The notes under the pieces are model-generated. The model was not told the origin of the DNA, did not search any database, and worked only from the letters and a program-made list of their open reading frames with translations. A stretch of 64,000 nt of DNA. Source: Lytechinus pictus. Lineage: Eukaryota. The position numbers were made by a program, and so were the translations under genes. Positions 38,937-52,659 of this stretch are shown in pieces. Numbering within the stretch: position 1 is the stretch's first letter; each line of letters opens with the position of its first letter. Location: assembly GCF_037042905.1 (NCBI RefSeq), contig NC_087250.1, positions 13,518,001-13,582,000 of the forward strand, read 5' to 3'.

Positions 38937-39605
38937 CAGTTCAATTCAATTCAATCATGGTTTATTTCGTATAAAAACAATACATGTTACACAGCCAGAA
39001 GGCTGAAATTAGCATGTTTACAATAAAACATTCACAAGTCACGGATAAAAGCAAACAATTACAATTTAAACACATGTACATAGATAATAAATAATTTTTA
39101 AAGAGCAAGTGTACATAAAATTCATTAAATATAATAAAATAGAATGGAAAAAGAAACTTATGTAAATACAATTTTAAAAAGTGATGAATATTAGACAATT
39201 AAAAATTCAAATATCAATTGGATTGAAATGGAGACTAAAACAATGGCAAAAATACGAATTGATTTCAAGGGTATGAAAGTAAAAATTTATTTAGAATTTA
39301 GTAAATCAATGAAATATGGTATTGCACATTTTCTAAAACGATCTGTTTTGCATTTTATCTGAGCAAAGTTTGGAACACCTCTTAATGAGATTGAGACATT
39401 TTTCCTTTTTGGTAGCCAGTTATTGAGGGTTTTTTTTTAAAGAGATTTAGCAAACTCCATGCACAGTTTTTTTCGTCTTCTTTCAAGACATTCTAATCCA
39501 CATTTTGTTAGTGCATTTTCATAGTCTATATAATCTGAACCAAGAATTATTTTGCAAACTCTTTTTTTGTATTTTTTCTAAGTCCTTTACCTCTTTAGCA
39601 GTTAG
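38937..39605 (-). mobile_element. CR1-type LINE 3' fragment
   Basis: (ttcaa)n tail; minus-strand residual ...ECLERRRKKLCMEFAK... and ...FRKCAIPYFIDLLN. Confidence 0.6.
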
Positions 39606-39738
39606 TTCCAGGGGGCCGGGGGGTCACTGCCATTGGACATGTAGTAGCTAAGCATATCTGCGACAAAGAAAACGCGGGAAAATACTATAATAGCCAGCAA
39701 CGAACGCATGTCTCTCCTTTTTCATTATTATGTATATA

Positions 39739-40500
39739 CAGTGCGTCCCAGTAAAAGGGAAACGTCCCGTAATTCAGTGTAATTTTTTGACATCATAATC
39801 ATAAATTTGCTTCATGATATGTACGTATGTCAATGGCAAGATATGCTTCCCCTCGAAGACCCATGTGAACGTTTATAATGCACGCATGACTGAGTGATTG
39901 GAACAATGGAAAGTGCCGGTGCCAGTAAATTTCCATTTGCACGAGCAATTTGTCATTTTAAGTGAGTTTTCTGACTTTTACTACTATCTATTCGGAAAAC
40001 AAAGTTAACTTAAATTTCCATTCTTCATCTTTTATACGAGACCTTGTGCGTATCTTTCCATTCATGTATAATTCAGTGGCGTGACTACGGGGGTACGTAC
40101 TCCCAATCGGCTGGCAAAAAACAAAAAAACGGGAGAAAAGGAGAAAAAAGAGGGAGAAAGAAAGAAAGAGAAACGTAGTAGTGCTTATAATGTCGATTTC
40201 TTTTTAGGTCTGAATATCAAAAATTTCAGCTCGCGCTTCGCGCTCGCATTACTTGATCAGGGAGATATATATCCGTTTATAATGGCACAGTCCTTGAAGC
40301 GTCTCTATATTAGATCAGTATACCTGGCAATCGAGCGTGCTTCGCGTGCCCACTAAGTGACTCGATTTTGGGTGCCACCCCCCCCCCCCCATACCTTGAC
40401 CAACGGTACGCCATTGTATACATTTAATTACTGCAAATTTATGATCATAGGAAAAATTAAACTTAATCTCTCGGTTTCCTTTTTTTTCTGGGACGCACTG
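39739..40500. mobile_element. Tc1/mariner-like MITE with a nested cagtggcgt-ended element (40074-40416)
   Basis: TA|cagtgcgtcccag...ctgggacgcactg|TA. Confidence 0.85.
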
Positions 40501-41339
40501 TAGGCCTATATTTTTTATCGTTATCAAATTATGCAATTTCCTATCAAATGTCCCCCCTACTACGTACTATTATTTTTGGTATTTTATGATGGAAAGAAAT
40601 AAATCATTAAAAATCGAAATAAAACATGTATTTTGGACGAGATGACCTTACTTTTGGGGTGATAAACCTTTTCTTGTTTTTATCTTTATCTTTTTTTTTT
40701 TTGGCTTTTCAAAGTTTTTTTTTTCGAAATGACCTTACATTTGGGGTGATAACCTTTTTTTTTTGCTTGTTAAATTTTCTAGTCCCTGGTCCCCTCTTCC
40801 TTTGGAGAGAGATTTCCACCCTTGTATTCATAACACGTACAAGGAACAATCGAGAAAAACAAAGGCCTTATAAATTTCAATTTTATTGATAGATACCTCA
40901 GGCCTATGCTATACAGCCAGTGACTAGTATCTCTCATGAAATTTAGATTATGATGTATAGGCTTAAATGGAACAATAATACGTAGGCCTACATATGCAAT
41001 TATGCAGTTTATATGATAGGCCCCACATTATTTGGAAGCAAAAGTAAATTTTCCGAATTGTAAAAGTCAGCATAATAATGGACGGGATTTGTTGAGCAAT
41101 CAAATTCTAGAAGACGCTTGAATGACCTCAGTGAAATTAGCAATTGTAAACAACATAGCTAATCCTATTGTTCATTTCCACTACCACTGGGAATCTTATT
41201 CTGTAGCAATCTCTATTCAGAAATAACAGAGTACTCAAAGATTACTCATGTCTAACAAAGCTTTACTGAGACATTCTGGAATATTCTTCATCATTCTATG
41301 CTATGATTATCCTTAAAGAGGAAATAACTAAATAAAATG

Positions 41340-44300
41340 AGTGTAATTGCTCTTACAAATGCTCTTATATATAACACAACACTTTTTTTTGTCCTCATCA
41401 GAGGTATTTATTACATTAAACTCAATAATCCAACACATACAATATATACAATTAGTTTCACATTTCACAAGCTTTTGATTTCATTGTACTGTTTTTCTGT
41501 TATTTTTATCTTATTACTCTTTTACATTGAAATCAATAAACAAACACAAACAATATATACAATTAGTTTTACATTTCACAGGCTTTTGATTTCATTGTAC
41601 TGTTTTTCTGTTAGTTTTATCTTATTACTCTTTTCAAGAAATCTTAAATTAATGACTAATTCTCTCTTGAAATCTAACAACATAGAAAAGTAACTGAATT
41701 TTTTTGAAGTGAACTGAGCCAACATATAGACTCTATAAATCGTCTATTGTGCGAAAACCAAAGTTTTCATTTTCAACATCGTGGCCAATCAATAATGTTT
41801 TCTCATTAATTTGAATATTCACATTAAACTGGATCTTAATGAAATACCGTAGTTTCTGCCAAAATAAATTCACATGTGGACAATGCCACAAAACATGATC
41901 TAGAGTTTCAATTTGTTTACGATGGTTACAAGTCATGTCTGATGTGATATTCCATCGAACTAAATTCTCTTTATATGGCAAAATCCGATGCAACAATTTG
42001 AAATTATATTGTTTAACTCTGTTATTAATTAATTTTCCAAACTTAAATTTTAGCAATTTGCTCCAATCATAATCTTCTGCAAGCGATAGACTGTCTTGCC
42101 AAAAATATAACACCGTTGGATGTAAATTCTTTTTTAAATCTACAAAATATGTGTAGAATTGTTTTGTTTTTGATATTTTAATGTCAATTGAGTCACCGGT
42201 TTTAATTTGAATATATTTATCGTTTTGCGTTCGTTGATCATCGTGATTTTCAAGCTGAGTAGTGTTCAACTTATCGAACCAATATTTTGGAAAAGCGGTT
42301 TTAATTTTAGCATATTGAAATGAGATACAAAGAGAATTCATCGACAGTAAGTCTGTAATACTTTCAGAGTTTATCCATGATCCATTTTCAATTAAATGGT
42401 GTACTTTAACTATACCCTTATCGTACCATTTTCTGAAATACAGTAACTTGTTTTCATGTTTTATATTTGAATTATTCCATATGATTTCATTTTCAAATTG
42501 AGTTACTTCAAATATATTAAGATAGTGAAGTTCAGCCCATGAAGTAAGTAAGTCTGTATAAAATGTAGGTAATGAATATTTTTTGCATAATTTAATCATG
42601 TCTACTGGAGAACATGCAGTTACATTGAATGGATAATGGTATACCGCCTAATTTATGTAACCAAAACTCACAAATATATTTCCATGGTGGTTCATCACCT
42701 CTTACAATTTTTGGTAACCAAGAAAGTGTGAGTGATTTCAATCTAGAAAATATATCAATCATACCCAAACCCCCATTTCGGGGTGAATTAATAATGTAAG
42801 CTCTTTTCACTTTTTCTCTTTTAGAATTCCATTAAAATGAATGAATTATTTTTTTAAGTTCTTTGATATAATTTTGGGGCATGATGTAGCATGTGCTTAA
42901 AAGAGAATGAAACCCTTGAAACCAGCTGAATCCATATCAAAGAGAAAAATCAAAGAAACATATTGTTGAAAGTTTGAGGAAGATTGAATGAATAATAAGA
43001 AAGTTATGAGCATTTGAATATTGAGATCACTAATGCCTTGTAGATCCTCCCATTGGCAATGCGACCAAGATCTGTGATGTCACACACGTACAACTTCCTC
43101 ATTACTTTAGTACTTATTTCACTTATATTCTCACTTTTATAGAGTCTATCCCAAGGTGAGGTGTTCTCTTTATGAGAGGACAAGTACAGAGGTTTCACAA
43201 CATTATATCAATGATGAATCGTTTGTCATACGATTAGAATGAGCAAAAAGAGATGTTTTGGGGTATATTTTCAGTGTCCAAAAGGGGAGAGTTGTTCATT
43301 TGTGACATAATAGATCTTGGTCGCATTGCCAATGGGAGGATCTACATAGCATTAGTGATCTCGACATTCAAATGCTCATAACTCTTCTATTGCTAGTCCT
43401 ATTTTACTCAAACTTTTGTTGATCTTATTCTTTGATTTTTCTGCTTTCACAAAAGCTAACTTGCTCCAAGAGTTTCATTCTCCTTTAAGTATATTAACTG
43501 TGATACAAGTAACATTTTTATAATAACTATTTTCCCATAGTATGTCAGATTTCTCATCTTCCAAAGATTTATAATACGTTTAATTTTATCTATCTTTACA
43601 GACCAATTAAGGACATTGAAGTCATTTGTGTTCTTGCATAATACAACCCCAAGATATTTAATTGGTTCATCAGACCATTCCAAGTTGCATATACCATTTG
43701 TTTCATTATAATTTATATTAAGTGGCATAACTTTGGTTTTATCTAAATTAAGTTTTAAGCCAGAATAATCCCCGAACTTAATAACATCTTGAATTGCGAC
43801 ATTTCCTGCCTGGACGGAATTAACAAAAAGAGCGGTGTACGGTCTGCTAACTGTGAGATCTTTAATTCTTTTGAAAATGGTTCTTTGTGGAATGGAATCT
43901 TATTATACCACTGACTTTCTTGTTTGACCTTATCTGTGACGCCATTACTTCAACAACTAAAACAAATAACAAAGCCGATAGAGGGCACCCTTGCCTTACA
44001 CCCTTTTCTATCTTAAACTGTTTTGAAATCCAACCATTATTTATTACTTTGCCTCCAGCGTTTTTATATAATACTTTAACCCATTGGATAAATGAATCTT
44101 TAAAATTTAATCTCGACAGGGTTTCGAAAAGAAAGCTATGTCACACACAATCAAATGCTTGTTTGAAGTCTAAAAAAAGTACCAATCCTTGTTGTTCCAA
44201 AATTTTGCAATAATCAAGAACATCTTGTACCAACCTTAAGTTATCTGAGGCTGAACGCCCCTTAATATAACCTGTTTGATCAAACGAAACAATTTTATGG

Positions 44301-44569
44301 ATTACTCGTTGAAGGCGTTGTGACAAAACTCTCTCTAAAATCTTATAATCTATATTTAATAATGAGATTGGCCTCAAATTGTCTAATAATCTACTATCCC
44401 CTTTTTTCAATAACAGTGTGAGTATACCTTGTCTTTTACTTTCTGACAAACCCCCTTGAGCATATCCTTCATTTAGACTGTCGATTAGCAAATCTTTTAT
44501 GTCTGGCCAAAAACATTTATAAAACTCCGAACTCAATCCATCGCAACCAGGTGCCTTATTATTTTGCAT
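41340..44569 (-). mobile_element. Decayed, 5'-truncated Tx1/L1-clade non-LTR retrotransposon
   Basis: NNKAPGCDGLSSEFYKCFW, RPISLLNIDYKIL, LDFKQAFD, IKYLGV, GGLGMID, C-terminal ETLDHVLWHC zinc-knuckle remnant; frameshifts and stops. Confidence 0.92.
42901..43484. mobile_element. TTAA-targeting (Kolobok-like) MITE inserted in the Tx1 LINE
   Basis: TTAA|aagagaatgaaacccttg...caagagtttcattctcct|TTAA; excision restores ...SQLIYLSTCYIMPQNYIKELKK. Confidence 0.88.
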
Positions 44570-44571
44570 TG

Positions 44572-45310
44572 AAACACAACACTTATAATCAAAAGAAAAA
44601 TTGAAAACCTGAGGTAAATTTAATGATCATATCATGTTTCATTAATGCGTATTTTTACCCCGCCGTTTGCCAACGTTTATCCAAGCTGGGATGCATTTGA
44701 AAAGAAAAACAGGGAGGCAGCGGAATAGAAAAGGTGATGAAAGAAAATCATCTCTTTTCTCTTCGTAGCTTATCTTTTCCTTTTTTTCTATATGATGTTT
44801 TTCTCTAGCTTCTGATATCTTCTTCCCTCTTTTTCTCTTTTTTGTTATAAATTGAAGTGGCAAATTTGCCGACAAGAAGGTCTTTCGAAAACAACATTTA
44901 TAATCAAAAGAAAATTGAAAACCTGAATGATCATATCATGTTTCATTAAAATGCATATATTTTGACCTCGCCGTTTGCCAACGTTTATCCAAGCTGGGAT
45001 GTATTTGAAAAGAAAAACAGGGAGGCAGCGGAATAGAAAAGGTGATGAAACAAAATCATCTAATTTCTCTGATCTTCTTAGCTTAGCTTTTCCTTTTGTC
45101 TATGGTTTCCTCTTCTAATATCTTCTTCCCTCTTTTTCTCTCTTTGTTATAAACTGCAGTGGCAAATTTGCCGACAAGGTCTTTCGAAAACAACACTATA
45201 TAATCCAAAGAAAATTGAAAACCTTAGGTAAATTCAATGATCATATGTTTCATTAATGCATATATTTTGACCTCGCCGTTTTGACAACGTTTATCCAAGC
45301 TGGGATGCAT
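44572..45310 (+). repeat. ~310-bp tandem repeat (about 2.4 copies) upstream of each GPCR; also ~51669-52391 and ~59631-60366
   Basis: tataatc(a/c)aa(a)gaaaattgaaaacct...cgccgttt..caacgtttatccaagctgggatg three times. Confidence 0.9.
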
Positions 45311-45583
45311 CAATTCCTATATTTTCTCAGTTTCAGAGGGGAGTAAAAAGTGTAGCACGATGACTTATTTAGAATTTATACTTATACCTTTCTGAATAAT
45401 AAAACAGTACATTTTCCAACACTTTCTTTGACAATATTTCATTTGTAGGCTGCTCTCCGATCGTTGAGGAACACGTACGCCTGATTGTTTTGTTTGCTTA
45501 TTGTAATAACTGATCGCACATTTAAATTGAAAGCTAGAAAAAATAAAAAAGCCTTACTAAAGATTCGCCTAATTTCAGCAGTC

Positions 45584-46704
45584 ATGGATGGTATATCTAA
45601 TTCGAATATAACTTCAGGAGATTTGGCATCAATGCATAGCGCTTGGCACATTGTCACCGCGTCATTCCTGATCTTGATATTGGTTACTGGTATAGTGGGG
45701 AATAGCTTGACTATCATTTCGGTATTCCTGTCAACTAAACTACAAACCAAAACCAATGTCTTCGTGGTTAACTTGGCATTCTGTGATGTAGTGACCTGTC
45801 TGGTTATTCCTTTCCAAGTTACGGCTCTGTTATCATCCAATGAACCGTCACTATCAAAAGTTTTTGTAGACGCTTCTTGCTTAGTGATCGCAGTTTCAAC
45901 TTATACTACGATTCTTACATTGGCTATGATCGCATTTGTTCGATGTATTAAGATCACTCAAACCTCGACAACCTTCGACAATTTTTTCGCAGGGCCCAAA
46001 ATAGCACTCTTCATTTTGGGTGCATGGGCCTTCCCGGTTATGATACACATGGCTGTGTACTTGACAGGATCCGATTATGTCGTTGTTTATGATCCAGAAG
46101 CCAAGATATATATGTACAATAAATTGAACGTCAACGTTTCTTACCAGGTAGTTGACGGAGCATTGGCCGTCTCCTCGAGTATGATTATTTTGGTTACCTA
46201 TATTAAAATAATTATATATGTTAGAGCTAGCAGTCGAAGGGTTGCAGATGCTGCTAGAGATGTAACCCCACCAATTCGAGAAGTAGCAAATGAGAACGAG
46301 CCCCCACCGACTCAGGCACGAGTGCTAGCGAACCGGAACGAGTCCCAACCAATCCGCGGACCAGAGAACCAAGTACCACCTGCAAGACCAGTTCGCCCAC
46401 CGTTCATCAAATCCCGGTTAACCGATTCAGGGCTCGTGAAATCAAGGTCACAAAGAATCTGGCACTGATTACCATAGTATTTGTCTTCTCTTTCCTTCCC
46501 TTACCCGTCTTGATCAACAGTTCAAACCCGTTTCATTTCACCGTCGGATGCTGTATTTTGTGGAGCAACTCTACAATGAACCCAATCATCTACGCCTTCA
46601 CACACCCCGATTTCCGAAAGGTGTTTGTATGTATCGTAACCGGGTCTTTTAATGAGATCCCATTCCCATCCCGACAATTGCGGGCAATGTTACAAGCTCA
46701 ATGA
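45584..46704 (+). pseudogene. Intronless rhodopsin-class GPCR, copy 1, frameshifted
   Basis: +2 nt at ~46402 (ccaccgttcatc versus ccacctcatc) gives a stop at 46468 before TM6; TM6-7 lie in another frame. Confidence 0.85.
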
Positions 46705-46785
46705 TTGGATAAAATTACCATGATTTCCATAAGTAAACCAATTGGAATGTCTAGTCTTTTAGGGAAGTGTATAGGGAGTCGTCAA

Positions 46786-48540
46786 TTTTGATTTGATTTG
46801 ATTTATTGATTTCCGTTTCACAATTGTACATAATATGATAAACTAAACATAACATAACAAGGTCGGAAATTCTACAAGACATAATATAATATATATATAT
46901 AACATTATCATATAGATTTAAGGAATACAATTCAATAAATATTATCTCAGATGACATTTGTATTTAAAAGTAAAACGGAGGGTCTTGCGGAAAAAAGCAA
47001 AGCTTGTACAAGAGGCAAGCCCCTAACTTAGTTACATTACAAAATTACAACAAAGAAATATTGCGTCGTAATAATATTGAGAAATTTTGTTTAAAAAAAA
47101 AAAAAAAAAAAAACCCGTAACTGATGGATCGTGTGAGAAAATATTATGTTTTACAATATAATAAGAGAGAGGGGGTGAGGGGGAGAGAAGACAGGAGGGA
47201 CAGAGGAGTGAGGTGTAGAAAGAAAGAAGAAGGCGGGCAGCAGGAGCAAGTACTTTGGCTAATTGCAATTTTGAGAAGAAAAAAATAAAACAAGTAATAT
47301 ACATGTCTATGTGTATAATATGAGCACATCATCACATAACACATATACACAAAAGTCGAGTATAATTAAATTAATTATTCAGCTTGACCTGTTTGCAACG
47401 AGTATTGCAGAATTAACATTTTTTTCAGTTTGCGTTTAAAAATATTTACATTAGGGGATTCTTTGAAATCTTGAGGCAGAGAGTTCCAGTATAGGCAGGC
47501 CCGGAGAAGACAAATGAATTCTTTGCAAATAAAGCTTGTTAAAGGAAGGTGATAATATTGTTGTTGCCTTGTTGGGTAGCAGTGTACGGATGCATTTTTA
47601 CGGAACATATTAGAGAAAATGGCGGGGAGATCGTCCTTGCTTAATTTGAACATAAATTGACTCAGTTCAAAAAGATATATGTCACTTACATACTTTAAGA
47701 ATGTTATTTTCAACAAATAAGATATCAGTATGTGATCTAAAGTGTGTTTGAAAAATTATTCTTAGAGCTTTTTTTCTGGAGAAGTAATATTCTATTTAGT
47801 TGTGTTTGTATTGCACATCCCCAGGCAAGTATTCCATAATTAATATATGGTAGAATAAGGATGTAGTATAATGTTAACAAAGTGCGGGTAGGAGAAAATG
47901 TTTGAGTTTATTAATAATTCCAATGTTTCTAGAAATTGTTTTGCATATACTATCGATATGAGGCTTCCAGGATAATTTGTTGTCAATAATAATAAGGACA
48001 TCCAAGAAACTGGTGGTGGAAACATTATTAAGAATGAAATTATCAAAGAAAATACTGTCAGGTAGAGTATTGATTTTATTACTGACAAGCATGTAGTTTG
48101 TCTTCTGGTGATCAAGCGAAAGTTTGTTGGCCTTGATCCAATCTGTAACATTTGTTAGTTCAAAATTTACGATTCTAACGAGTTGGTTAATATCATCATG
48201 GGAAAAGAAAATATTGGAGTCGTCAGCATAAAGTATAAATGAAAGTAAATTTGATGTATTTTTAATATCATTGATATAAGTAATAAAAATAAGTGGGCCT
48301 AGTAGGCTACCATGGGGGACACCGCAAGTAATTGGAAGAGTAGTCGAATTGCTATTATTTACTGATACGAATTGGGTCCTATCAGTGAGGTAGCTCCTGA
48401 ACCACCCCAAGGCCTTCTCTCTAACTCCATAATGACACAGTTTATGAAGGAGAATTTCATGAATTATTGTGTCGAAGGCCTTGGAGAAGTCCAGGAAAAT
48501 ACCGACAGTATGACATTATCGATGGAAGCTTTTGTCACAT
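46786..48540 (-). mobile_element. 5'-truncated CR1-type LINE; copies at ~53875-56710 and ~61862-63192
   Basis: RT motifs [35 protein letters not shown]; (aaatc)n tail. Confidence 0.92.
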
Positions 48541-48666
48541 ATTATTACTAAAAATAATCCTTTTAATTTCCTTATATAGTTGGGGTCAATATATACACAA
48601 ATTTCAGCTCGTGCTCGCATTGATTGTTTAGTGTACGTATCATGATTTTAAAAAATTTCTTAATTA

Positions 48667-48858
48667 CAATACAATACAATACAATATAAGTATTTATATA
48701 GCGCTCTTCACAATGATTGTATCACAGCGCTTTACAAAATGAGCAAAATCAAAATTGTGAAAACAAAATACATACATACATACATAAATAACAAATAAAT
48801 TAACTATTAAAAAGAAATGTCTTTAATGACCGCTGAAATGCTCCCAGAGATGACGAAT
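48667..48858 (-). mobile_element. Short LINE 3'-end insertion unique to unit 1
   Basis: (tacaa)n tail plus tttatatagcgc; flanked by AATTA on both sides; empty site in units 2 and 3. Confidence 0.8.
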
Positions 48859-49500
48859 TATAATGTCAATTTTTTAGGTCTGAATATCAAAACTTTTAAC
48901 CCACGCTTCGCGCTTGCATTACTTGATCAGTGAGATACATATCCGTCCTTAAAATGTCTCTATTACTAGATTAGTATACCTGGCAATTGAGCGCGCTTCG
49001 CGCGTCCACTAATACCGCGTTCTCACTTAGCCCCAGCTCGCGGATCAGACTCGCCTCGCGAGTCAGCCTCAGCTAGTTAAATACGCATCTTGTTCAGGAT
49101 CACAAACATTGCCTGGAATGTTCAATTTTCAGAACAAAATACATGAAATGTCCAAAGATTTTAGCTCGCGCTTCGTGCTGGCTATATTCAAATAAGGCTT
49201 ATGAGATTATAAGTATATTTATTTTTTTAAGAATAAAGCTAAGAAGTGACTGTTAGGACTACCACTTCAAAAAAATAAAAACAACAACAACAACTTTGAG
49301 ATGCCGATCTCGGATAATATCGGCGATTTTTTTTTCGGGCCCCTCCCCTCCTATTGGCGAAAGCTGGATCCGCCCCTGTAAGTCTTATAAGTGCATGCTT
49401 TCGGATTTATTGTAACATACATGTAAGTAGGGCATATTTCATTGATGTATGTAATGCAGAATAAGATAAGAGTCACGTACATGTATACTTTTGTGATTGT

Positions 49501-49921
49501 CCCGGGGGGGGGGGGGGCAGTCAAATGTATTGCTGTACACACGCGTGGCCAATTTTTTTCCAAACACCCCCTAAACGAGTTGTTCTCTGTGTGCAAAATA
49601 ACCCCCTAAACAAGTTTTTCGCGGACTTTATTTACACATTAATTTGGCCCCTAAACAAGTTGTCGCCAGAATATGACCCCGGGGAAAAAGCTTGGGGAAA
49701 AAACGAAAAAACACATATCCTAAATACGTTTGACCCTTCGATTGATCATTGACCAGTCTTTCAAAACTACCCCTTTAAAAAAAAATCGGTGTTTTGATAC
49801 CCTTAACGAGTGCACGCGCGACCTGCGTCAAAAACTGAAGAAAAAAACACCCCCTTTAAACGCGTTTTTTTAGTCACGTGTGTGTACAGCAATTTGACTG
49901 CCCCCCCCCCCCCCCCGGGCG
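49501..49921. mobile_element. CCCGGG-ended MITE with 8-bp TSD; copies at ~57473-57894 and 63968 onward; relative at ~36140-36642
   Basis: cccggg(g)n cagtcaaat..tgctgtacac TIR; TSD GTGATTGT. Confidence 0.88.
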
Positions 49922-50323
49922 GTGATTGTGTAACTGGTATTTGGAATTTAAGTATGTATGAAGGTATAAATGTGGTTTTTCAGATTTGATTGGATATAAG
50001 AATTTAATGAAGATATGTAAAAAAAAATAATCTTGCCGTGTGTATTCTTGGACTTGTGTAAATAGGCAGGTACTCTTATATTGTTCCTAAATACTATTGG
50101 ATTTGGTGCATTACAAATCACATATATTATTATTAGTATTATTATTATTATTATATATAAGTATTTACAGAAAATATGTGACATGAGTCTTTATTTTTGT
50201 ACTTGTCCGATTGGTAATTGTAATACAAGTTTTTACTGAAGTCATTATTATGAGTGTGTATTGAATATTTATTCCTATTGTAATCTATTCTTTCCAATGA
50301 CCATATTGTATATTAAAAGTTGA

Positions 50324-51400
50324 CAGTCAGTCGGCAAGCCCTGAAAAAGTAGCTTCTTTTATCCAAGTGATATTCATGACTAGAGGGTTTTTGCATAGTT
50401 AATGAGCTTGCTGCGAACCAAAACACCTCTTTTTATTCGGCCATTGCTGCTCTAAATATTCATGTTTTTGGTATCTTTGTAAAGAAGAATAATCATTCTT
50501 TCAGAAAGTTTCAGGTCATGTGTTTGGATTTTTAAAAGGATGTTGTAATGTAGGAAAAACTTTTGATCTAAAACATGAAACAAAATAATTTTTTCATGCA
50601 ACAAAAGTTGTTGTTTTCACACATAATTTCTGTTTGAGCACAAATGATTTTATATCATGATAAAGCTGAATATCTAAGCTTTAATATGATATAATTTGTA
50701 TAAGAAGATGTATTTTAGATGGGTCAGCAGCCAGCTTTTATAGGCCAAGTACATTTAGCAGCTCAAAAACAAGAATACTGCGCTCTGATTGGTCATAGAG
50801 ACCACACACCCACGCAAATTTCAATGTTCCCCTCACTGGGCCTCTGCAAGGTCACACTCACCATGTGGTAATCTCTTCAAATTACCCGCGCATGTTGTGT
50901 TGAAAACATTATTCAGCCAATCAGAACTCTAGATTTTATGTTACTCAGAAATTTCAGAAATCTCGTCTTGCATCTTGATGGAAATAGCTGGCTGCTGACC
51001 CATCTAAAAGATGCCACATATCGAGAGTGACAATGTAAGAAATTATAGAGTTTGAGCTTTCTGATGATATAAATAATGTTGGTGCCTAAAACACAAAATG
51101 CTGCACAATTTGCAAGTGAAAACAGAGGAAGAAAATTCTTGATGCATCTTTTCAGGTAAAAAATTCACTTATTTATCAAAATATTTCATTCAAAAGAAAT
51201 AACCAATATAAAAGAGTAACATTTACTTTTGCCCATGGTACAAAAATAATCAATATTACTCAAGGAGAAAGTGGTTAAATTCTTTGACAAAGAAAGTCTC
51301 ACAATTCACGAGATTTTGCAGGGACATGAATTCAGCCACGAGAGGACTTGGATAAATCTTGCTCATTTGGTCATTAACACAGGGGCTTGCCGACTGACTG
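50324..51400. mobile_element. ~1.08-kb non-autonomous DNA transposon with 4-bp TSD; copy at ~58297-59361
   Basis: TIR cagtcagtcggcaagccc / gggcttgccgactgactg; TSD TTGA. Confidence 0.88.
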
Positions 51401-52659
51401 TTGAGATATTTAATTCATGTATAAATTATGTCTTATAAATCTTATAATCTATATTTAATAATGAGATTGGCCTCAAATTGTCTAATAATCTACTATCCCC
51501 TTTTTTCAATAACAGTGTGAGTATACCTTGTCTTTGACTTTGACAAACCCCCTTGAGCGTATCCTTCATTTAGACTGTCGATTAGCAAATCTTTTATGTC
51601 TGGCCAAAAACATTTATAAAACTCCGAACTCAATCCATCGCAACCAGGTGCCTTATTATTTTGCATTGAAACACAACACTTATAATCAAAAGAAAAATTG
51701 AAAACCTGAGGTAAATTTAATGATCATATCATGTTTCATTAATGCATATTTTGACCCCGCCGTTTGCCAACGTTTATCCAAGCTGGGATGCATTTGAAAA
51801 GAAAAACAGGGAGGCAGCGGAATAGAAAAGGTGATGAAAGAAAATCATCTCTTTTCTCTTCGTAGCTTATCTTTTCCTTTTTTTCTATATGATGTTTTTC
51901 TCTAGCTTCTGATATCTTCTTCCCTCTTTTTCTCTTTTTTGTTATAAATTGCAGTGGCAAATTTGCCGACAAGAAGGTCTTTCGAAAACAACATTTATAA
52001 TCAAAAGAAAATTGAAAACCTGAATGATCATATCATGTTTCATTAAAATGCATATATTTTGACCTCGCCGTTTGCCAACGTTTATCCAAGCTGGGATGTA
52101 TTTGAAAAGAAAAACAGGGAGGCAGCGGAATAGAAAAGGTGATGAAACAAAATCATCTAATTTCTCTTCTTAGCTTAGCTTTTCCTTTTGTCTATGGTTT
52201 CCTCTTCTAATATCTTCTTCCCTCTTTGTTATAAACTGCAGTGGCAAATTTGCCGACAAGGCCTTTCGAAAACAACACTATATAATCCAAAGAAAATTGA
52301 AAACCTTAGGTAAATTCAATGATCATATGTTTCATTAATGCATATATTTTGACCTCGCCGTTTTGACAACGTTTATCCAAACTGGGGTGCATCAATTCCT
52401 ATATTTTCTCAGTTTCAGAGGGGAGTAAAAAGTGTAGCACGATGACTTATTTAGAATTTATACCTTTCTGAATAATAAAACAGTACATTTTCCAACACTT
52501 TCTTTGACTATATTTCATTTGTAGGCTGCTCTCCGATCGTTGAGGAACACGTACGCCTGATTGTTTTGTTTGCTTATTGTAATAACTGATCGCACATTCA
52601 AATTGAAAGCTAGAAAAAATAAAAAAGCCTTACTAAAGATTCGCCTAATTTCAGCAGTC

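Noticed and set aside
41733..44569. Active or domesticated reverse transcriptase system
   Set aside because: Multiple frameshifts and stops, a MITE insertion and no endonuclease domain indicate an ordinary dead LINE
44642..44875. Recurrent 77-aa Lys-rich ORF
   Set aside because: Low-complexity repeat sequence, non-ATG start, repeated only through the duplication
45485..45583. 33-aa N-terminal GPCR extension in the ORF track
   Set aside because: Starts at TTG; the first ATG (gtcATGG) at 45584 has a good context and is followed by an N-glycosylation sequon
45439..45840. Antisense 133-136 aa ORF present in all three units
   Set aside because: Shadow of the GPCR coding strand; its recurrence is explained by recent duplication
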